Made by a program: the position numbers and the translations under genes. From Eledone cirrhosa (taxonomy: Eukaryota), in contig OZ024743.1 in the NCBI GenBank assembly GCA_964016885.1, forward strand, positions 171,864,001 to 171,928,000: a stretch of DNA of 64,000 nucleotides, in the 5' to 3' direction. Of this stretch, positions 54,816 to 64,000 are shown one piece after another. The notes under the pieces are model-generated. The model did no database searches and was not told where the DNA came from. It saw only the letters and a list, made by a program, of their open reading frames with translations. The number at the start of each line of letters is the position of its first letter. Position 1 is the first letter of the stretch.

Positions 54816-55227
54816 TTGGCTACTTTGCTTGTAAAAAGAGGGCAGTATTATTTAACAAAGTACCAGTAATGCACTGGGTAATTGCTGGCCTTGTGCCAAA
54901 AGTAGAAACAATTATTTAACGTCAAGTTCAATGGGAAATCTTATGGGTCTCTTCCAATTTTTAATCATTCTTATTCCTTAAGGTGGCTGGCTTGCAGTGC
55001 TCTCCTTCCTTGCAAACCTCTCGTATTTTACCTTTCTTATCGTTCTAACCTTCCCGCACACACGGGCACACAAGCACACATACACAATACACACAGACAC
55101 ACACACACATACTGACACACACATATATCTGTGCGTGTGTAAAAATTAAGAACATGTTTCTGTAACATAGCGGCTTGACAAAAAGAAATCGATAAATTAA
55201 GCACCAGATTTGAAAAAATATATACAC

Positions 55228-55322
55228 AGCACTCGGGTCGATATGATCAATTAAATCCCATCAAGGCAGAGCCCCAGCATGGTCACGATCTAATGACTAA
55301 AACCACTGAAAGAGTAAAATAA
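55228..55322 (+). mobile_element. 3' end of a second SINE family
   Basis: GCACTCGGGTCGAT...AAGGCAGAGCCCCAGCATGGTCAC...AATGACTAAAACC...; tail resembles common octopod SINE ends (from recall, not checked). Confidence 0.6.
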
Positions 55323-55806
55323 TATACGCAAATCATTTTAATTTTGTTCCTACACCAGATATCGAATGTTTTGTTTGTTTTTAATGATTGTTTATGTTTC
55401 TTTCCCCGAGACACAGAAATACACTTCTAAACTACGAAGTAAAAACTCCAATAGCTTTTTTGATTTTCTGCCAGTCTCATTTATTTATATTTATTTTAGT
55501 TTTCTTATTTTGCTTTATTCGGAGAGTTTTTTTTTCTTCTTCCTGTTGTCTATTTCTGCTGATCTTATTTTCGTTTCTCATTTCTTTTTTTTATTTATAT
55601 TATTTTCTTCTTCTTCATCATCTCTTTCTGTTTGAAATTTTGCGATGCATTTTCTTTTGATGTGTATGAGTGTGAGGCTCTATTATAGCAATTAAGATGG
55701 TTTATTTATTTATTTATTTATTTATCTATCCATTTATTTATTTACAAAGAAAGCTACGTAGAAGTTTATATTTATAATTATTTCCTTAAAATAATAACTA
55801 GCATTT

Positions 55807-56448
55807 TGGCAGTACCGGTAGAGGGTCGGACGCCATGCTTTGAAGCCGAGAGTTACCTCCCTTTATGATCTGAGTTCAAATCCCGCCGAGGTTAACTTTG
55901 CCTTTCATCCTTATGGGGTCGATAAAATAAAGTACCAGTAATGCACTGTGTAATTGTGGCTTTGTGCCAAAAGTAGAAACAATTATTAAACATTATTATG
56001 GTGGATCGCCATTCTGAGTTCAAATCCCGTCGAGGTTAACTTTGCCTTTCATCCTAACGGTGGTAGATAAAATAAAGTACCAGTAATACACTGGGATAAT
56101 TGCTGGCCTTGTGCCTATTGTAGAAACAATTATTATTGTGGATTGCCGAGGTTAACTTTGCCTTTCATCCTAACGGAGGTCGATAAAATAAAGTACCAGT
56201 AATGTACTGGGTAATTGCTGGCCTTGTGCCAAAAATAGAAACAATTATTATTGTGGATTAGCAGAATCGGTAGAGCGTCGGACCAAATGCTTCGAGGCCC
56301 TATACGTTCTGTTTTCAAATTCAGCCGACGTTAGCTTTGTCTTCCAAACTTACGGGATCGATAAAATAAAGTACCAGTAATGCACTGGAGTCGATTTAAT
56401 TGACTTTTCTCCTCTCCCCAAATATGCCTAAAGTAGAAATCATTATTA
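55807..56448 (+). mobile_element. Tandem cluster of four SINE copies
   Basis: Core repeated at about 55885, 56030, 56146 and 56324; copies separated by ATT tails. Confidence 0.9.
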
Positions 56449-56459
56449 TCGTCATTGGT

Positions 56460-59400
56460 TTATATAGAGGTGATTGTACCGGCTTGTGTAAGCTTCTCAT
56501 TTTTCACTTGATTACAAAGGCATTTTAGCCAAATGTTTTTTTCACAAAATGCGCCTGACTTGACCCCAAGGAAGACGACCCAATAATATTTAGGCCTCTG
56601 GCCCAAGTCTTGTATTTTCTTTTTGAAAAACACCACAAAATCTTCTAAATTTTCAAAAAGAAATATGGTGGAATATCCCCCCCCCCCCCCCCACACACAC
56701 ACACATTTCCATGTGGCTGACTACAACATTTTCACAAGAGAGACGTGTGTCTTTTCAATATTTCAGACAGAGCTGAAGATAAATTATGTCACCACCACAC
56801 GCACTAACACCAAACCAATACAGACACTACCACCACCACTGCCAATAGCAACTACACTACAACATCAGTAGCATCAAACAGCAGTGTCAGCAGCAGCAGC
56901 AGCAGCAATAACACCGGCAGCAGCAGTGGCAACAACGGCAGCAACAGCAGCGGCAAAAACGGCAGCTGCAATAGCGCCGGCAAAAACGGCAGTAGCAAAA
57001 ACGGCAGCAGCAGCGGCGGCAAAAACGGCATCAGCAGCGGCAACAACGGCAGCAGTCACAATAGCACCCCAACCAGCAACAACAGTATGAATAATGATAA
57101 CAGCAACGATAAAAAAAATTTCGCCGAAGCGGCTAGAAAATTAATAGATTTCAAAAATGATATGGCCCACATAAATGTGCTCCCGGTTGGCAGGCATTGA
57201 AAAGTGCACCATTACTTACAAATATATAGGCATCAAGGCCAAGAAACCAGAACTGGTTCCTCCATCACACGTAGAAGCAGCTCCGAAGGACTTGATGCCA
57301 AACATAGATCACATCGAGAAAGAGAGAAATATATATCTGCATCTCGGTGCTCTTCCGAAGCGAAGCTCTTGCAAGAAAACACTGTTTTTCCAGTGCAAGC
57401 GAAGGACTTCGTACTGTTCCTTTCACACATGGGAAGAAGAACAGTGGCAATCAGAATAGCTGAGATCCCACCAGGAATGGATATCTAGTGGGTTCTGGTA
57501 AGCATTACACAGGAGGACGAAAAACCTGAAGGTAAAAAGAACCAAGAGAAAATCCTGGTCGGGAACCTGTCTAGAACTACTGTTCCAGATCAAACCAGAA
57601 AAAATTGACAGGATCTCAAATCCAATCACCCTTCCGGGTGGATGAGAAGAGAGGATCTTCGTGAATGGAAAAAACCCTACTGTCATCTGTGGGGCCAAAC
57701 CACAAGAGCTTCTTGCCATCTGCAGAAGAAATGAGGACCCACAACACTCACTGCTACCAACAACAACAAGAACAAGAACAACAACAACAACAACAATAAC
57801 AAATCAACAAAAACGACGACAACCGCTGAGGCACCATCAACACCAGCACCAGTGCCTGCTAGAAGAAAAGCACCACCAACACCAACAACAGCAGCTGGTA
57901 CAGAAACTCCATCAGCAACAACACAAACAAGGGCCACTAAAACCACCCAAACAAGCTCGACCTCTCCTCCTCTTTCAAACACACACGTAAATTCCCCCAC
58001 TCCCCTCTGACACTAGTCCCCAGACACTAGTTCCTCCTCATCCCCAAGGGAAGATGAGGGGGAACCTCCAAATCCCAAGAAACAAAAATGAAAACACAAA
58101 AAGAAAAACACATCTTCACATACATTAACAAGCACACAAAACACACCCACAGCAAACTCAGACACACTTACAACACCAACAACAACACCGACACAAGCAC
58201 AAAAAAAAAAATAAATAAAACCGAAAACATGCACAACCACAGACAAGAAGAGAAACACGCAACTTTGTGTTGCTAAGAAAGAGTAACGAAGAACTAATTA
58301 CTCTCGCAATACGAAGCCACGACATTCAGAAAGAAGGAGAGATGTTCGGAATCTGCACCCTCAAAGTGCGCCAAACACTTTTGATGGAACGGATATCGCT
58401 AGAAACGTACAAGAACATTAAGGATAGCTTTCCCTATAACGTGGTGACCCCTAGAGTAAACGCCTCGAGTCGTCTTTTAAAAGGGTTTCCAAAGGAATAC
58501 CACAAACCAAAAATGGAGGCCGAATCACTCGCAATCCACAAGACCCCGGGTGGTAAGTAAACCTTTCCTCTCTTGTTTAACTAGTCAACATGGCCATATT
58601 AAGAGAAGGGTGTTTGAATGTTTGTGCCCTGGAGTCGTCCTGGAAGAAGTGTTGCTTGCTGAACGACCTCAGGTCACTAGATATGGATGTCACTGCCATC
58701 AGTAAGATGAGATTTCCGACACATGCGTGCTAGTCCCTATTTTCGAAGTATATAAGATCTTAGTCAACCGGCAATGGGAGGTGGTGTAACAGTGCTGCTT
58801 AGGAAAGGCCTGGGTCTCGAGGTAAGGACGATCTTCCTGAACCCGGACGGTAAATTGGTGGTTCTGGACGTGAAGAATAGTGAAGGTGGTGCCTTTAGAA
58901 TAGCAGCTGCCCACGCCTCGACCGTGGCCGGACGGACGGATTTCTTTAGGCACCTGGAAACCTTTTATGGGAACGCCTCGTGATTTATTATTAGTGGAGG
59001 AATGGAACAACATCTTAGACGTGCGCTGGAATTGAGTGGGAGTAGCTGATAGGAGTGGTGGCGGGGTTCGTGAAAAAGCCTCAAGTACCAGATCACCCAG
59101 TTCCAACTGTCTGACAGGTACCGATTAGATTTTCCTAATGCGCCAGTGTGGGCCTGGACCAATCGCATAGAGTCATCAAGATCGCATATAGACAGGTCTT
59201 TTTGTATTAAGTCAGTAGATAACGATAGTATAGGTTGTCCACATTTCCAAACGGTTGCCTATTCAGATCTGCAAGGGCGACCTAGATAGAACTCATAGAA
59301 CCTGACTACTGGAAGCTGAACATGTCACCACTTTAGTTAAATAAAGTTGACATGGCGGGGGGGGGGATAACACGTGGTGGTGGTGCTCTCAAGAGATAGG

Positions 59401-60826
59401 GTAGAGAAGTATCAATAGGTTTTAGTAAAGAAGTAGCGTTAGAAATTAATAGAAAGGAGGGGGAGCTGTAGCTAAATTAGACGAGGCAATTAGAAGTGGC
59501 GCTGCAACTGACGTGCTAACGGTGAGAATGGTATTAGATCAGTTCTTCCACGCGAAACACGAGGATTGCATTCTCAGAGCTAAGGCGCGTGCTCTAAGAA
59601 ACGAGGGAACGAAAGCTCTCGGGTGGACCCGTGTGACGGAGGCACAGCATGGTAACGAAACTACGATTTGGTCTTTGACCGATCGAAACGAACACGTGCT
59701 GAACGATTCAGGCAGATGTATGCGGCCCTTCACCATCACTTTGCTCGACAGTTCGGGGAGGGCGGCTGTCGGAGACGGTGGCAGACATCAGTTTCTACCT
59801 TTAGGACCTCCCGTGACTCTCCCCGGCCGATGCTGGGTGCAACGAAAAGCCAATAACTTCAGCCGAGATTCGGTATGCCCTGGACGGTTGCACGAGTTGC
59901 AAGTCACCCTGTTTGGATGGTCTGCCCTATGAGTTCTACGTAGGAATGGCAGACTTGGTCTCCGATCTCCTCGAAGCGATCTACTGCAACTGGCATCAGA
60001 GCGGGAGTATTCCTAGTTCTGTGTGCCGGGGTGTAGTAACGCTGATAAGGAAAGCCGGGAACAAGAGGGATACCTTAGACAATTTCAGGCTCATAAAACT
60101 GTTAAACACAGAGTTTAAGATTTGAGCCAAGGTGATAGCGAACAGGTTGGCACTTGTCATCGAGTGTTTGGTAGGGGGGGGGGCGAACTTGCGCAATCCC
60201 GACTAGGTCGATACACGACAACTTCCACCTCATACGATACAGCATAGAGAGGGTTAGGTGTAAACCTAGCTTCGGCGGGACTCTGATCGATGTAGATCTA
60301 ATGAAAGCATTCGATAACTTCGACCATCTATACCTGGAGGCTGCCCTCAAGGCAGCTGGCTTCGGTCCTATCTTTAGGGGCTGGTTCGCTGCAATGCACT
60401 GCAGCATCTGCTCGGTTGTCAAGGAACCATTTCAGATCACGCGATCAGTCCGTCAAGGGTGCCCTCACTTCTCCCTTCTGCCCGTATTGACTCTCGAGCT
60501 TTTACTGCGAAAGGTGGATCTGTTGCAGTGCATCCTACTCATGCAGGGACATGGAAGGGCTGTGTCGGCATATGCGGACGACATCACTGTGAGCACTTCG
60601 GAACACCTCGTAGATAGAGGTGGTCGGCACATTTTAGAAAAATGTGCCGAAGGTTGACAGGAGCAAATCTGAAACCGGACAAGTCAGTGGGTTTGCTGCA
60701 CGGCACCTGACAAGACAAATCCATGCCGTTCAACAGTGTCGTCGGACACTGCATGGACGGACCGGTAAAGTTGCTCGTTATCTGGTTCGGACTGGACCTC
60801 CACGTGGATAAGAACTGGGACAAGAG
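56460..60826 (+). mobile_element. Divergent Tx1/L1-clade LINE (third subfamily), 3' end truncated by a PLE
   Basis: Low-complexity ORF1 remnant ending 58560; ORF2 from ATG 58590 with GGGVTVLLRK, DGLPYEFY, RQGCP and AYADD. Confidence 0.85.
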
Positions 60827-60829
60827 GAA

Positions 60830-62830
60830 GTCGGTGATTAATTTTGACGACTCTATTTGGATTAAAAAATCTAATAGTACCCCATTGATGTATGGGCACC
60901 AGCGATTCTGCGGAGGTTACTGATCTTATCGGCCTTTTACTTCTTGTCTCTATCAAGGAAGAATTCCCCAACGTGGGCGGTGGTTTGTACCGTGATGACG
61001 ATATTTTGACCACGACAAAGTGCGGCCCACGTGCTTGCGACAGGTTCAGAAAAGAAATCACAGCCTTCTTTAAAGGCTGCAACTTCTCCATACAGGCTGA
61101 GGCCAATCTCTCGATCGTTAATTACCTAGACGTTACCCTCAGTTTGTCGAATGGCTTGCACTACTCGTATAGAAAGCCGAATGATACGCTTAATTAAATA
61201 AGCAAGCATTCTAACCATCCTGCCAGCATAACCAAGAACCTGGTAAGAAACGTTTCTTTGGGGCTTTCCCGTCTATCTACAAACGAGCATATTTTCACCG
61301 ACCATTCCACATATTACAATGAAGCTCTTGCTCGGAGTGGATTTGTCGATAAGATAGCAGATACCGAGTATGAGCATAAACCTAGGAAAAATAGATCCCG
61401 ACGCATTATATGGTATAACCCACCATATAATATGGAGGTGGCCACACCATTCGCTAAGATCTTTCTCTCCCTTATTATGAAGCATTTCCCTCCAGCACAG
61501 AAATATAATAACATTTTTAATAGAAATACCATTAACATTTCTTACTCTACGACTCCTAACCTTGCACATAACATCACTGCTTCAAATTTAGCTAAATTAC
61601 CTAGTCGTAGGAACACGTGATAACCTGTAGCTAGTACTAACTGTAATTGTAGGAATCGGGTTGACTGCCCCCTATCCGGGAAATGCCTCTCTAGTAACAT
61701 TGTCTACAAATGTAAGGTTGAGACACCGACGTCCCGTCCGGCCTAGATAGGGTTAACCGCCAATAGATTCAAGCAGCGTTTTTACATGCATGCCCATTCT
61801 TTTCTTAACCCTTTAAGAAGGAATATGACGTCGCTTACAGCTTATATCTGGAGTCTAAAAGACAACCACACCAATATAGGTTACACTGGGAGATCCTAGC
61901 TAAAGCTAGATCGTATAACGGAAATAAAAGACCATGTGACCTCTGCGCCGCTGAGCCCTGGAAATACTCTACGCCAATGACCATAACTTAAACAAAAAAT
62001 CTGAGGCAATTTCGGCTTGTAAACATAAATTGCACAAACCTTTCCTGTATTACAGCCCCACTTTATACTCTAACGGATAGTACGAACTATACACGGATAA
62101 TTTATGTCTTGATGTGGTAGCTAAGTATATTTTATGTTTATAACATTACTTATTTCTATAGGTAAGTATATATTACCTGTATGTTTTGTGAGGTACGTAT
62201 ACTTTCTCGTACGTATATTTGCTTCTATTTGTTATAGGCGTATATATTATACTATATATACTGGTACATGTGTATCTGGTTATGTGTATACGTGGGTTTT
62301 GCGTTTGTGTGTGTATGCGGGTTTGCACGTATGTAGGGTGTGTGTATATGTATACTTTGTGTTTTGGTTGACGTACGTTTAGCGAAGATATGTGTATTTA
62401 CATGTAGGTGTGTGTGTGCGCGCGTTATATGCGTATTTATGTGTGTATAGTTATATACGTTTATATACTTATATGTATACGCGCACACACACACACACAT
62501 GTGTATATATATATTTTTATATATGTTTTATGTGTATTTGGTGTATACGTTCGTATGTGTGCGGGTACAGGCATTGCGTGGGTTTTTGTATGTGTGCGCG
62601 TGGTTTAGTGTACCTTCCTTATTTGCATACCCATGGCGGGTGTTTTCGCGTATGCATCTGTATGTACGTATATGGATGCGTGCATGTATATATTTAGTTT
62701 GTTGATTTCAATAACCCCTGGAATTTATTTACATTATTCTTAACTCTGAAGCCGTGTATCATTCGGTTTCCCAAATAGAATTTTAGTCTACGACTTCAGT
62801 TATACCATAACCGTGGTTGTGTCTTTGCGT
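60830..62830 (+). mobile_element. Penelope-like element, probably Hydra-type, 5'-truncated
   Basis: MG..DSAEVTDLIG, GGLYRDD, WYNPPY, CNCRNRVDCPLSGKC (CxCx5Cx5C), NIVYKC, *IGLT..RFKQR, CDLC; long 3' region. Confidence 0.88.
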
Positions 62831-63955
62831 GGAGACGTTCTCTGGCAATGAACGGAAAAAACAAAGATAATACGTCAATATCTGGAGGGATGAGAACAAT
62901 TACACGCAAAGACAAAACCACGGTTATGGTATAACTGAAGTCGTAGACTACAATTCTATTTAGGAAACCGAATGATTCTCGGCTTCAGAGTTAAGAATAA
63001 TTGTTTCTACTTTTGGCACAAGGCCAGCAATTATCCCAGTGTATTACTGGTACTTTATTTTATCGACCCCGTAAGGATGAAAGGCAAAGTGAACCTCGGC
63101 ACGATTTGAACTCAGTCCGTAAAGGGACGTAACTGTGCTGAAAAGCATGGCGTCCGACCCTCTACCGATACTGCCAATCCACCGCCCTTACTTCCAATCC
63201 ACCGCCCTTCAGAGTTAAGAATAATATAAATAAATTACAGAGGTTATTGAAATCAACAATAATTATATATATATAAGTGCGCATCCATATACGTACATAC
63301 ACATGCATACGCGAAAACACCCGCCATGGGTATGCAAATACAAGCTCATACACAAAAAAACACACACGCACATACAGAACCCACGCAACGACTGTACCCG
63401 CACACATACGAACGTATACACCAAATACCTATAAAAATATATATATGTGTGTGTGTGTATATACATATCATTATATAAACGTATATAATGATATGTATAT
63501 ACACACACATACATATATATATATATATTTTATGTGTATTTGGTGTATATAAATATACATACATAAATACGTATATAACGCGCTCAACGCATACCTACAT
63601 GTAAATACACATATGTTCGCTAAATACGTCAACCAAAACACAAAGTACACATATACACACACCCTACATACGTACGAACCCGCATACCCACACAGACGCA
63701 AATCTCGCGTATACACATAACCACATAAACGTGGTTTTGTCTTTGCGTGTAATTGTTCTCAGCGCTCCACATATTGACGTATTATCTTTGTTTTTTTCGT
63801 TCATTGCCAGAGAACGTCTCCACGAACCACCCAATAGTATATTAGTTTACAACTTCATGTATACCATAAACGTGGTTTTGTCTTCGCTCCAAATAATGAC
63901 GTATCATCTTCGTTTTTTCCCCGTTCTTTGCCAGGGAACGTTTCCACGAACCAAA
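62275..63955. repeat. Complex inverted/tandem duplication of the PLE 3' region
   Basis: 62733-62830 inverted at 62903-63000; 62275-62750 inverted at 63208-63725; further partial copies at 63724-63830 and 63850-63952. Confidence 0.9.
63001..63207 (-). mobile_element. tRNA-derived SINE with 17-bp TSD
   Basis: TSD TTCAGAGTTAAGAATAA at 62984-63000 and 63208-63224; 5' end partly duplicated. Confidence 0.93.
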
Positions 63956-64000
63956 GTATCGTCTTCCTGTCTTCCTTCGGCTGCAACGTTTTTCGAACTA

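Noticed and set aside
56852-57090. Ala-rich antifreeze-like peptide ORF
   Set aside because: Alternate frame of the Ser/Asn/Gly low-complexity N-terminus of Tx1 ORF1.

Overview
AT-rich, microsatellite-dense eukaryotic intergenic DNA. The SINE sequences suggest an octopod cephalopod (inference only). I see no host protein-coding gene. The window is almost entirely nested, decayed transposable elements: (1) about eight Penelope-like element (PLE) copies or fragments from at least three lineages, mostly next to (TA)n runs, with about seven minimal hammerhead-ribozyme (HHR) motifs, including an ORF-less 425-nt tandem HHR repeat resembling a retrozyme; (2) six Tx1/L1-clade LINE copies, one full length, with (ATT)n tails; (3) R4/Dong-type RLE LINEs with (TAA)n tails, repeatedly joined tail-to-tail to the Tx1 copies; (4) CR1-like, RTE, CRE-like and Hero-like LINE remnants; (5) more than 15 copies of a tRNA-derived SINE, some stacked at one target; (6) a non-autonomous Helitron; (7) several near-perfect fold-back palindromes. 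Coordinates were read by eye and element boundaries are approximate.
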